Assembly: GCA_963734545.1 (NCBI GenBank)
Contig: CAVTHO010000007.1
Coordinates: forward strand, 704,001-768,000
From: an uncultured Spirochaetota bacterium
GTDB taxonomy: Bacteria > Spirochaetota > Spirochaetia > SZUA-6 > Fen-1364
Reading direction: 5' to 3'
DNA: 64,000 nucleotides
In this document: positions 19,474-28,832 of the stretch, piece by piece
Numbering within the stretch: the first letter of the stretch is position 1
Layout: each line of letters opens with the position of its first letter
Made by a program: the position numbers and the translations under genes
Notes under the pieces: model-generated
What the model was told of the DNA's origin: nothing
Database searches by the model: none
The model's input: the letters and a program-made list of their open reading frames with translations, nothing else

Positions 19474-20155
19474 GGCGCCCGCCCCCGGCCTGCCGCGCAA
19501 GCCAGTCGACGACCTCATCCGCCTCGAGAGGTCTGTCGACGTACAGCGCTTCAAAGATCGATTTGACCCGGTCAAAGTCATCAGGCGTGTCGACGGAAAC
19601 GTGGGCCTCGGCCAGCCTCGCGCGGGCCGGTGCCATGGGCTCGAGGATTGCAAACCGCTCAGGGTGGCGGTAGAGAAAGGTCGTCATGTGCTCTCGCTCG
19701 TCCGGTGCCTTTGCGTCCTTTTCCGCCGCATAGAGGGCGTCGGCCTCGACAACCTCGACGCCCGTGCCCAGCGGGCAGCCGAGGTAGTGGCTCAGGTCCG
19801 CGCGGGCACCTGCATGGATGCCGAGAATCTCCCGGGCCAGGGACGCGGAGGTGAGCGGATTGTCTCCTGTCGCGCGCACGACGCGGCTCACCGCGTACTC
19901 CCGGCAGGCCATGCAGTAGCGCGCAAGCACGTCCTGCGCGGGACCGATGAAAAGGGCGTAGCCTTCGCCATCCGCAAACGGAATGAGCTCCTTCGCGCTG
20001 GCCTCGTCCGTGAGCAGCGCGCGTACGTCAGCGGGCACGCTGACCAGCGACCTCATGACGTGCTGGATGATGTTTCCACCGGGGAGCGGCAGGGTGGCCT
20101 TCCGCGGAAGCCGGGTCGAGCCGAGCCTCACCTGGACGAATATCCCCGTGCGCAC
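19466..20155 (-). CDS. Cytidylyltransferase, SpsF/NeuA-like
   Basis: QVRLGSTRLPRK, DVLARY, RATGDNP, REHMT, SVDTPDD. Confidence 0.88.
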   Translation of the reverse strand: MRTGIFVQVRLGSTRLPRKATLPLPGGNIIQHVMRSLVSVPADVRALLTDEASAKELIPFADGEGYALFIGPAQDVLARYCMACREYAVSRVVRATGDNPLTSASLAREILGIHAGARADLSHYLGCPLGTGVEVVEADALYAAEKDAKAPDEREHMTTFLYRHPERFAILEPMAPARARLAEAHVSVDTPDDFDRVKSIFEALYVDRPLEADEVVDWLARQAGGGRHG

Positions 20156-21121
20156 TCAGAGAACCTCCCATCTCTCGACGACGTCCCGCGAGTCCCTCCG
20201 GAACCTGAATCGGTGCGTGTGCACCCATCCGCGGACGGCCTGGAACTCCCGGAGAGCGTACAGGGGGCCGGTATCGGAGTGCACGATGTAGTCGAGCACC
20301 CTCCTGGCAGGCAGAACTCCCATCTCCCTGCGCAGGCGGACAGCCATGTTCTTGAGCCAGAAAAGCTTGTACCCGCGGTCAGGAGTCGTGTTCTCTTCGG
20401 GAGGCGCGCCCGTGTACGTGAGGGCGATTCCCGTCGTGCCGCGCACGCTGTCCCCCCACAGGAAGCAGCGGAACCCGAAGTCGAGCTTCTGCCAGTAGGG
20501 GTTGGCGATGCCGGGGTCGAAGCCGCCGGACTGGGCGAACTTCTCCCGGTTGTAGACGCCGCAATAGTCGAAGGGAAAGAGGGTGTGCTCCCCGTCACGA
20601 CGAGGTGATCGGTAGGAAAGGGAGAGCCGGCGCCTCTTCCAGACGGGCGATTGCCAGGACGGGATAGGCTCGAGCCGGGTATTGCGCGCAACAGGGACCG
20701 TGCAGACGGCCCCGGATTTTTCGATGGGTGCGAGAAGGGACGGAGAAAAGACGGAGAGGCGCGTGTCGCTCCAGAGACTCAGGACGACCGGCGCGCGCGA
20801 CTCCTCGATCCCGATATTGAGCATTTCCCCGACCGTGCTCGGCGCCTTGATCAGGAGAAAACGCACGTCGGGAAAATCACGCGAGAGGGCATCCACGTCG
20901 GCCGACGGCTCGAAGCGCTCCACCCAGAGGATTTCGCCGATTCCGCGGGACTGGAGGTCCTTGAGAAGCTCGGTTCGGAAGAGCCTGTCCCCGCGGCTCA
21001 ATACCAGGAGGGTGAGAGGGAACGAGTAGCGTCTGACCCTGTCCCAGCGGGGGCCCCCGATCACCGTGTAGGGTATTCGCGCATCGCGCAATGCCTCAGA
21101 AATTGTACGTGTAGTATTCAT
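20156..21121 (-). CDS. Glycosyltransferase-like (GT-A) spirochaete protein
   Basis: LNIGIEES, LWSD, GGFDPGIANPYWQKLDFGFR; operon context. Confidence 0.6.
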   Translation of the reverse strand: MNTTRTISEALRDARIPYTVIGGPRWDRVRRYSFPLTLLVLSRGDRLFRTELLKDLQSRGIGEILWVERFEPSADVDALSRDFPDVRFLLIKAPSTVGEMLNIGIEESRAPVVLSLWSDTRLSVFSPSLLAPIEKSGAVCTVPVARNTRLEPIPSWQSPVWKRRRLSLSYRSPRRDGEHTLFPFDYCGVYNREKFAQSGGFDPGIANPYWQKLDFGFRCFLWGDSVRGTTGIALTYTGAPPEENTTPDRGYKLFWLKNMAVRLRREMGVLPARRVLDYIVHSDTGPLYALREFQAVRGWVHTHRFRFRRDSRDVVERWEVL

Positions 21122-22586
21122 CGCACGCCGCGCAGATTCCCGGGTACACACCCGACAAGTGGGAGCGATACGCCTCCTCTGCCCTGTTCCAGATGAGTCC
21201 CAGATCCTCTTCGAAAGCGTTTCCCAGCCGCGTGCCCGCGCGGACGTCCTCTTTGCAGAGCGGCACGGTGCCGTCCAGCAGGACCGCCATGTCACGCTTG
21301 AGGTGCCAGCAGGGGAATCGCCGTACCGGCGAGAGGTCCGCAACCTTTCGGTCCGGCAGCAGTCCGCTGAAGGAATCGTATTTCTGCACGATGACGTTCT
21401 CGGTTCGGGCTTTCCAGGATTTGAAAAATTTCTCCAGGTCGTCCTCGTTCTCCTTCATGCGCACCGCCTGGACCCAGGCGTGAGCGGGAAACAGGGAAAT
21501 GAGCTCTTCTGCGGACCGGTGGGCTTCCGCGAATCCGTTGCCCCGCAGCGTGCGGTACAATTCTTCATTTGTTGCATCAAGGGACACGATCCAGGTGGGA
21601 GACCGGGGCAGGGTCGTGCCGATCTTCGAGAAGATCCCGGGCTCCCATCCCACGCCGGAAGTCTCTATGACGAGGTCGAGGCCCGGGTGCGCGAGCACGG
21701 CGGCAACCATGTCGTAGATCCCGGGGTGAAGCGCGGGCTCTCCCCAGAGAGAGATGTCAATGACAGCCTCTCCGGCAAAGGAGGCGATCTTGCCGAGGAG
21801 GGCGGAGAATGATTCCACCCGCATGAATCCGGACTTCGACAGGATGTCACCCCCGACTACCGGGTAAGGACAATACGCGCACGCATGGGGGCACCGCTCG
21901 ACGATCTGGATGGGGAAAAAGGCGGGAAGAGTCCTCAGGATTTCCGGTTTCTCACCGAGCAGGGCGCATGCGCTTTTCGCGTCCCGCCCTCCATTATCGA
22001 CGATTCGCCGAAGGAGCAGGAAATTCCTTTCCGTGTCCGCACAGAGCGAGACCCGCAGCATGCGCATGTCCACGGGGGAGATCTCCGTTTCGATATCGAA
22101 TGAGTTGATGTCCTTTTTTATCAGGGTGAAAATCGCCTCCCTGTCCGGGACGCCCTGGCCCTCACCGGCAAGCGCTTGGAGTCTCCCGATCGTGTCTTTC
22201 GTGAGTATTTCCGGCGTGAGACCATAAGGAAAGCCGTCGGCAAACGTGTAATCCGCGAAGTAGCGCCGGTGGTTGGCGTGCATCCGTCGGCTGACTTCAA
22301 TGTCCAGGAAAGGACAATCCGCGAAGAAGTAGAAGACGTCATCCACACCCTCGCCTGCCCTGGCGAGCTCGCGCACGAAGTCCGCGATGGTCCAGCGGTC
22401 CCGTACGATGGCGCGGCAGCCCTGCGTGTCGTCCAGGGGACGTGAAAGAAGAAGCACGCAGTCCTCGACGCCGGGAAGCTGTCTCGCGAACGAAAGGGCG
22501 CGCGCAAAAGAGGACGCGCCATCCAACAGGGGACGGAACGCGGAGGCGCGCAGACCTGTTCCATTGATCACGGCGATATTTTTCAT
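21096..22586 (-). CDS. Spiro-SPASM protein (nucleotidyltransferase-like domain, radical SAM, SPASM)
   Basis: DCPFLD, YTFADGFPYGL, DINSFDIETEISP; CPHACAYC; SLWGEPALH; PCWHLKRD...CAACDEYYTYNF. Confidence 0.88.
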   Translation of the reverse strand: MKNIAVINGTGLRASAFRPLLDGASSFARALSFARQLPGVEDCVLLLSRPLDDTQGCRAIVRDRWTIADFVRELARAGEGVDDVFYFFADCPFLDIEVSRRMHANHRRYFADYTFADGFPYGLTPEILTKDTIGRLQALAGEGQGVPDREAIFTLIKKDINSFDIETEISPVDMRMLRVSLCADTERNFLLLRRIVDNGGRDAKSACALLGEKPEILRTLPAFFPIQIVERCPHACAYCPYPVVGGDILSKSGFMRVESFSALLGKIASFAGEAVIDISLWGEPALHPGIYDMVAAVLAHPGLDLVIETSGVGWEPGIFSKIGTTLPRSPTWIVSLDATNEELYRTLRGNGFAEAHRSAEELISLFPAHAWVQAVRMKENEDDLEKFFKSWKARTENVIVQKYDSFSGLLPDRKVADLSPVRRFPCWHLKRDMAVLLDGTVPLCKEDVRAGTRLGNAFEEDLGLIWNRAEEAYRSHLSGVYPGICAACDEYYTYNF

Positions 22587-22733
22587 GTTCCCCGCTGATA
22601 ATATCGACAGATTGAGGCGAAGTTCAAGAAAGCGAGGGGATCACCCTCGTGGAAATGGCGCTCTGCCTCACGGGTGAGGGGCGGGATGGCGCTTCCCTTG
22701 TCATTCGGTACCCAGCGGTATAATCTGCCCCGT

Positions 22734-23954
22734 ATGCCCGGGCAGCAGGCTGAGCGGATCTACACTGTTTCCGAGATCACCCAGCTCATCAAGATGACCC
22801 TGGAAGACGGCTTTCCCTGGATCACCGTCAAGGGCGAAATATCCAACTTCCGCCCGTCCAGCACGGGGCACTGGTATTTCAGCCTCAAGGATGTCGATGC
22901 GGTGATCTCCGTGGTGATGTTCCGCGGCAGGCTCGACGGGGTGCGCTTCACTCCGGCTGACGGCATGCTGGTCAAAGCCGCCGGCAGCGTTTCGGTGTAT
23001 GCCAAGAGAGGCAGCTACCAGCTCATCTGCGAGTCGCTCGTCAAGGCGGGCGAAGGGGATCTTCTTGCCATGCTGGAGGAGCTGAAGCGGAAGCTCGCTG
23101 CCGAGGGCCTGTTCGACGTGGATCGCAAGAAGAAACTCCCGCTTTTCCCCTCCCGCATTGCGGTGATCACCTCACCCACCGGGGCTGCCGTGCGGGATAT
23201 TCTGCGGATTCTCCGGCGTCGCAACGCGGGCATGGATGTCGTCATACTGCCCACGCCGGTTCAAGGGGAAGGCGCCGACGAGCGGATCGCGCGTGCCATC
23301 GAGCTCGCCAATCGCCACGGCCTGGGAGAGGTGATTATCGTAGGCCGCGGGGGCGGCTCCCTCGAGGACCTCCTGCCCTTCTCCTCAGAGCGAGTCGTGC
23401 GCGCAATCGCGGCGTCCGATCTGCCGGTGATCTCCGCCGTGGGACATGAAACCGATGTCACCCTCTCCGACCTCGCCGCGGACATCAGGGCCCCCACCCC
23501 ATCCGCGGCAGCAGAGCTGGTGGCGGCCCCCCGCGTGGAGCTGGTGGCCCGCGTAAACGGCCTGCGGTCAATGCTGGAGCGCGATATGCGCCAGCGCCTG
23601 GAGAGAGTCAGGCTCCTGCTCGGTCAGTTCGCCGCCGAAAGCCTTGAACGGAACGTGCGCATCTTTCTCCAGCCCATTGCGCAGCGGGTGGACTACGCGG
23701 CGGACGAGCTGCTCCAGGGCTTTCGCAACATGACGTCGAGCCGCCGCCACAGGTTCGAGCTCGCTTCCCGGGAGCTGGCCTCCTATTCGCCCCTCGCCAT
23801 TCTGAAGAGGGGGTATGCCGTCGTCACTCATGAACGCACTCGGACAATCCTGCTTTCCCCGCAGACCGTTCAGCAGGGCGACTCCCTGTCGATCAAGCTG
23901 TCGCAGGGCGGGCTGCGCGCCACCGTGGAGGACACCCATGCCGTCGAAAAGTGA
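22734..23954 (+). CDS. xseA: Exodeoxyribonuclease VII large subunit
   Basis: GEISNF, GHWYFSLKD, TSPTGAA, GRGGGSLEDL, SAVGHETD, APTPSAAAE. Confidence 0.96.
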   Translation: MPGQQAERIYTVSEITQLIKMTLEDGFPWITVKGEISNFRPSSTGHWYFSLKDVDAVISVVMFRGRLDGVRFTPADGMLVKAAGSVSVYAKRGSYQLICESLVKAGEGDLLAMLEELKRKLAAEGLFDVDRKKKLPLFPSRIAVITSPTGAAVRDILRILRRRNAGMDVVILPTPVQGEGADERIARAIELANRHGLGEVIIVGRGGGSLEDLLPFSSERVVRAIAASDLPVISAVGHETDVTLSDLAADIRAPTPSAAAELVAAPRVELVARVNGLRSMLERDMRQRLERVRLLLGQFAAESLERNVRIFLQPIAQRVDYAADELLQGFRNMTSSRRHRFELASRELASYSPLAILKRGYAVVTHERTRTILLSPQTVQQGDSLSIKLSQGGLRATVEDTHAVEK

Positions 23955-24297
23955 TGAATCGCGCAAGGTCGCGCGGGATGATGAATCGCGCAAGATCGCG
24001 CGGGATGATGAATCGCGCAAGGTCGCGCGGGATGATGAATCACGGAAAAAAACATCCGGCTTCGAACAGCGCCTGGAGCGGCTTGAAGAGCTGGCCGAAA
24101 AGCTCCGGGAGGGAAACATCCCCCTTGACGAGGCAGTGCTGCTTTTCGAGGAAGGAATGAAGCTCTCCAGGTCCCTGGAAAAGGACTTGTCGCGAGTGGA
24201 ACGCCGGGTGGAGATCCTCACCGGGGAGCCCGAATCGGCTCAGGAGGAGCCGGGCCTGGAGTTGTTTCCCGAGCTCTCAGAGGAAGACACGGAGTAG
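23938..24297 (+). CDS. xseB: Exodeoxyribonuclease VII small subunit with an N-terminal repeat extension
   Basis: FEQRLERLEELAEKL...LDEAVLLFEEGMKL; ATG overlaps the end of xseA. Confidence 0.92.
   Translation: MPSKSDESRKVARDDESRKIARDDESRKVARDDESRKKTSGFEQRLERLEELAEKLREGNIPLDEAVLLFEEGMKLSRSLEKDLSRVERRVEILTGEPESAQEEPGLELFPELSEEDTE
23953..24041 (+). repeat. Coding tandem repeat, 27-bp unit GATGAATCGCGCAAG(G/A)TCGCGCGGGAT x3 plus a partial unit
   Basis: Read directly; encodes DESRK(V/I)ARD x3; starts at the xseA stop codon. Confidence 0.96.
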
Positions 24298-24308
24298 GGG
24301 GGGCGGCG

Positions 24309-24800
24309 TCAGGGAAAGCCCGCGGGGAAAGTGATGATCGTGCCCTCGGTGATGCGCAGATCGGCAAAAGCGCCCTGCCGCATCTCCAGGGCATAGCGGG
24401 CGGAGAGCCGCGAGCGCGTGATTTTCTCCGAGAATGGCTCCATGTCCTCGATCTGGAGCACCTTTCCCTCGCCGGAAAGGAAGGCGATGGAGAGTGCCGC
24501 CGGCGTATTCTTCATCCAGAAGGAGAGATGCTCGTCCCTGTCGAAGACGAATATCATCCCTTCGCGCGGGCCCAATTCCTTCCTCCCCATGAGCCCTTGC
24601 TCCCTTTGCGCTTCGGTGCGCGCGACCTCCACGGTCAGCTCCTGCCCCGCCGCCTGGAGAGTCACGCGCGGCAGCCGTGTCTGGCATCCGGAAAGGCTCG
24701 CTGCAATCAGGATGCCCAGGAGGCCGCACAGCCCTGCGCGGTACCCGGCGAGATCCAGGCATCGGATGAGCGGCGACGCGCTGATTCTGCTATTCGGCAT
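24309..24800 (-). CDS. DUF192 family protein, probable lipoprotein
   Basis: EVART..REQGLMGR, GMIFVF, FWMKNT, YALEM; lipobox-like SLSGC. Confidence 0.85.
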   Translation of the reverse strand: MPNSRISASPLIRCLDLAGYRAGLCGLLGILIAASLSGCQTRLPRVTLQAAGQELTVEVARTEAQREQGLMGRKELGPREGMIFVFDRDEHLSFWMKNTPAALSIAFLSGEGKVLQIEDMEPFSEKITRSRLSARYALEMRQGAFADLRITEGTIITFPAGFP

Positions 24801-25983
24801 GCACCATCCATCCTTTAAGGTATTCCCCCTCCGCATGAGCCGCCGCAACCGGATGATCGACATCGGCGTGCAGCTCCTTCAGCAGCCGCACGGAGCGCCC
24901 CGAGCGAAGTGCTGCTTCCACCACGACCTGCTGGAACGTGGGCCGGTCCACGGCCCCCGAGCAGGAAAACAGGAACGCAAGCCCCCCGGGAGAGAGGATC
25001 CGGATGCATTGCTGAAAGAGCGTGAGGTATCCTTTGAGCGCGCCCTCCAGCTCGGCCCGCCGGCGGGCAAAGGGCGGCGGATCCGCCACCACGATGTCGA
25101 ACTTTTCCGGCTGCTCCAGAAATGTGAACACATCCTGCTGCACCCACGAGAGAATGTCCTCGCGCAGCTGCGGGTTGAGCTTCACGCTCTCCCTGCCCGC
25201 TTCCAGGGCTTTCCTGGAGCTCTCCACGGACACGACACGCGCCGCGCCTGCCGCCGCGGCGAGAAGCGCAACCGCTCCCGTGTAGGAAAACAAGTTGAGA
25301 ACGATCTTCCCCGGACTGCAGAGCGCGATCGCGCTCCTGTTTGCCCGCTGGTCGAGGTAGAACCCTGTCTTTTGTCCCCTCTCGAAGTCGACGCGCAGCC
25401 TTATACCGCCTTCACGAATCGTGCACGTCCCGTCCCCCGCACCATGCAGATAGCCGGAAGGCCGGGAAAGCTTTTCGATTCTCGCGTAATGCTCGTCTCT
25501 CTTGAGGTAGATGTCCGCCGAAGGAAACAGCTCGTGAAGGCACTGCACGATCCTGTCGACCAGTCCCTCGATGCCGCGTATGTGCAGTGATACCACCGCC
25601 GTATCGGCGTAAAGGTCGACGATGAGCCCGGGAATATAGTCCCCCTCGGCATTGACGAGTCTCACCGCGTCCGAGTCCAGATGGAGCGAGTCCCGCAGGG
25701 ACTTCGCGGCGCGCACCCGGCGCTCGATCCAGTCCACGGGAGGCCTCTCGGGGCTGAAGCTGACCATCCTCACCGCAATCAGGCTCCCGGGGGAATAGAA
25801 CCCCCAACCGATGACCGCACCGTCGGCAGCCCTGACAGGGAGGAGGTCGCTCCCCGCCGGCCCCTCGCTGACATCGGCGATTGCCTGGCTGTAGATCCAG
25901 GGGTGGTGGCGCTTTCGAGCCGGCCCGTCGCGGCCGGGCTTCAGCACGACACCGGCGCCGGCGGATCCGTCAGAACTGCTCAA
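24790..25983 (-). CDS. rlmI: RlmI-like class I SAM-dependent rRNA methyltransferase
   Basis: HPWIYS, NAEGDYIPGLIVD, GQKTGFYLDQR, LNLFSYTG, DPPPFA, FSCS, EGEYLKG; start codon uncertain. Confidence 0.85.
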   Translation of the reverse strand: MSSSDGSAGAGVVLKPGRDGPARKRHHPWIYSQAIADVSEGPAGSDLLPVRAADGAVIGWGFYSPGSLIAVRMVSFSPERPPVDWIERRVRAAKSLRDSLHLDSDAVRLVNAEGDYIPGLIVDLYADTAVVSLHIRGIEGLVDRIVQCLHELFPSADIYLKRDEHYARIEKLSRPSGYLHGAGDGTCTIREGGIRLRVDFERGQKTGFYLDQRANRSAIALCSPGKIVLNLFSYTGAVALLAAAAGAARVVSVESSRKALEAGRESVKLNPQLREDILSWVQQDVFTFLEQPEKFDIVVADPPPFARRRAELEGALKGYLTLFQQCIRILSPGGLAFLFSCSGAVDRPTFQQVVVEAALRSGRSVRLLKELHADVDHPVAAAHAEGEYLKGWMVHAE

Positions 25984-26608
25984 TAAACTTCTCCCGGGAA
26001 AGCTGATCCAGGTCCTTCTGCGCTCCACCCTTGGCGAGGACAGCGGAGAAGGTCTTGTTGTCGAGGTATTTCACCGTGAGCGGGCGTTCCAGGGAGAAGC
26101 GCACCGTATCGGACTGCCATACGGATTCCTGCGGGTCAAGGCTTGCCGGCGGACCGTATTTCGTCGTGAGGGCGCTGAAAATCGAATAGTGGTCGAGCCT
26201 TTGCGTATCGAGAACCAGAATCATTATGAAGAGCCGGCTGTCGGCGAACTGAAAATACGCGCGTCGGAGGTAAGTGGAGCCGGGGCACTCGATGAGATAC
26301 TGGTTCGTCTGGGGAAGGAAACTGACATCCGGGTCGCCTCGGTAAAGGAAAAGCGGATCGGAGGCGAGCGCCTGCTTCACCTGCTCGAGACCCATTCCCA
26401 GAGAAATGGAGCGAAAACCAGCCGGGAGGGGCTGGACCGGGCGAGGGGCGGCCTGTGGGAAAACGGAAACCGGGGCAAAGATCGCGGACGCCAGGATGAT
26501 GCATGCAGCAGCAAGAACTTTGCCGATCTGCACATTCGAGCCGGACCGCCTGCGCACATGCATCCCGCCTCTTTCTCCGCGAGCAATCCGTACGATCAAC
26601 CGTTTCAT
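25970..26608 (-). CDS. Exported hypothetical protein
   Basis: Signal-like hydrophobic segment; fills the gap and is coupled to rlmI; start uncertain. Confidence 0.6.
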   Translation of the reverse strand: MKRLIVRIARGERGGMHVRRRSGSNVQIGKVLAAACIILASAIFAPVSVFPQAAPRPVQPLPAGFRSISLGMGLEQVKQALASDPLFLYRGDPDVSFLPQTNQYLIECPGSTYLRRAYFQFADSRLFIMILVLDTQRLDHYSIFSALTTKYGPPASLDPQESVWQSDTVRFSLERPLTVKYLDNKTFSAVLAKGGAQKDLDQLSREKFIEQF

Positions 26609-26755
26609 ACTCCCCCTGCTCTCATATCGGCGGTTTTTGCCTGCCGCTCAAAGCAGCCCCCAGTCCTGAAAATAATCCTTCGGCGCGCGCCGAGCCGGGG
26701 CTCCAAATCCCTGCCTCGACTTGATCGCCGTGTTCCGCGGGGGTACACTGTGGAG

Positions 26756-28450
26756 ATGACGACGAAATCCGGCCGGGCTTTTGCGGCCCTTGCCCTGTGT
26801 GTCGCAGCCGGCTTGCTCCTTTCCTCATGCGCCACCTCGAAGGGCGCGACCCTCGGCAAAGTGATGGCGGCGGAATCAGGAAGCAGGACAGGCGGAAATG
26901 CCCCGTCAAGGCCCTCTGAGCGGCCGGCGCCGAACCCGCCGGAAAGCAAACAAGGCCTGGAGATCGTCACCGATCCTGACAATGCGGAAGTGTGGATAGA
27001 CGGCGCGTTCAGGGGGCTCTCCCCCTACATCGCGGAGGACCTTCCCGCGGGCTGGCACAAGATCACGCTGCGCAAGACCGGGTACTACGAAGCATCAGGT
27101 TGGGCCGACTTCGAGAGCGACTACATGCTCTATCAGGCAAGCCTCGTGCAGATGATCGGCTATCTCCAGATTGCAGTGACACCGCCGAACAGCATCGTCT
27201 CGGTCGACGGCCGGGAGATAGCGACCGGCCTCAATACGCTCCCCGTCGGCGACTACTCGCTTCTCGTACGATCGTTCGGATATTCCGACTACCAGGAGTC
27301 CGTCACGATACAGGAAAAGGCCGTCACCTCTCTTTCAGTGGCCCTCCCGCCGGCCGAATTTTCCATCAGTTCCTTCTCGGTGCCCAAGCCCGGCATCAAT
27401 CCTGACAATCCCGGGCTTCTCGGCGTCCTCGACGTGAGCCTGTTCGTCACGGGTCCGGGCACGGGCGAGCTGCGAGTTCTCAACGAGGGATCGGTCGAAG
27501 TCTTCAGCAAGGCCCTGCCGGAGTTCACCACCTGGGATCAGTCGTTTTCCTGGAATGTGCGTGACAGCTCGGGAAACGCCCTGCCGGACGGCACCTATAC
27601 GCTGGCGGTGAAGACACGCGGGGACGGATCGGAATCGCAGGTCGAGCGGGAAGTCTCCATCCGCGTGGATCGCACGCTGAAGATCGCCCCCCGGTCCCTG
27701 TGGAGCGGCAGCGCGGGACTCCTCTACGCGCCGGTAGCGGAAGTGCTTCCGGCAGGAGATTTCCAAGTCTCATTCCTGGGCGCCGGCATTGCCGCCGGCG
27801 CGGATTTCCGGGCGCCGGTCCAGCTCGGCGCCCGCGTCGGAATCGGTGAAAGCCTCGAAGTCGACGCATCGGCGGGCCTCATCATCGGAGCGGCGACGAC
27901 TCCTTTCACCGCCAGCGTCTCCGCGAGATGGAACTTCCTGAGCCCGCACAGCTCGTACAGCACATCAAGCGCCGTGCTGGCGAAGCTCACCGTGCAATAC
28001 AACCCGCGCATCACCGGCGGCGATGTGCTCATGACGGATACCTTCGCCAATTTCACGGGGCTGAGCGTCGAGGTGCCGTTCCAGGTTACCCTGGGAGCCA
28101 TGAATCTCATGCTGTCCGCCGGAGCCACCGGCTCCTTCTGGTACCCGTACCGATTCAGGTCGGACGGCATCACGCCCCTGCAGGGCGCCGTGGGGTGGCT
28201 ATACCTTCGCGGCGGCGCGTTCCTCGAGACAGGCTCCCTCATGCTCGGAATATCCGCAAGCACGCGCACCGAGCCGCTGCCGGGCGGCATCGCATTCCTC
28301 TCGTCGCCGATTCCCTTTCAGCTCGGCGCGGAAGCCCATTGGCTGATCCCGGGAACCCGGCTCGTGGCCACTGTCTTGATGGCGGGAGAATACGAGGATT
28401 CGCACAACTACTACCTCATGGGCGGCGGAGGGCTGGCTTTCCTCTATTGA
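26756..28450 (+). CDS. PEGA-domain lipoprotein with a FlgD-type Ig domain and beta-rich C-terminus
   Basis: Lipobox LLSSC; PEGA repeats (TDPDNAEVWIDG...G.HKITLRKTGY); WNVRDSSGNALPDGTY; ends LAFLY. Confidence 0.75.
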   Translation: MTTKSGRAFAALALCVAAGLLLSSCATSKGATLGKVMAAESGSRTGGNAPSRPSERPAPNPPESKQGLEIVTDPDNAEVWIDGAFRGLSPYIAEDLPAGWHKITLRKTGYYEASGWADFESDYMLYQASLVQMIGYLQIAVTPPNSIVSVDGREIATGLNTLPVGDYSLLVRSFGYSDYQESVTIQEKAVTSLSVALPPAEFSISSFSVPKPGINPDNPGLLGVLDVSLFVTGPGTGELRVLNEGSVEVFSKALPEFTTWDQSFSWNVRDSSGNALPDGTYTLAVKTRGDGSESQVEREVSIRVDRTLKIAPRSLWSGSAGLLYAPVAEVLPAGDFQVSFLGAGIAAGADFRAPVQLGARVGIGESLEVDASAGLIIGAATTPFTASVSARWNFLSPHSSYSTSSAVLAKLTVQYNPRITGGDVLMTDTFANFTGLSVEVPFQVTLGAMNLMLSAGATGSFWYPYRFRSDGITPLQGAVGWLYLRGGAFLETGSLMLGISASTRTEPLPGGIAFLSSPIPFQLGAEAHWLIPGTRLVATVLMAGEYEDSHNYYLMGGGGLAFLY

Positions 28451-28451
28451 A

Positions 28452-28761
28452 TCACGGCCTCAGAAAAAGCAGGGCAAGAAGCGCGATGAGCAGGACAAGA
28501 AGGACCGCGCCGGCAATCCGGTAGAACCGGGCCGAGGGAAGGGGCCGTCTCTGCGGCCGCGCCGGCGCGGCGGGAGCCGCGGCGCGAACCTCCTGGTTGA
28601 AGCCGCAGGCATGGACAACCTGCCCTGAAATCAGCGGCTTTTCCTTCAAAGCCGCACTCGGGGCAGCGTACCGCGGTGAATACCCGCCCGCACCAGGGGC
28701 AGGTGGATGCTCCGGGGCGGACTTCCTTGCCGCAGTTTTCACAGAAATAGCGTGTCTTCAT
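28452..28761 (-). CDS. Zinc-ribbon membrane protein; one apparent frameshift (~28608)
   Basis: CENC, CPWC, CPEC and CP.C pairs followed by a C-terminal TM helix in the adjacent frame. Confidence 0.7.
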
Positions 28762-28832
28762 TCGATTGTCATCAGTCGAGGTCTCATTTATACTTCCGGG
28801 ATCGCGAAGGCGCAAGCAAACAAGGAGAGGGA

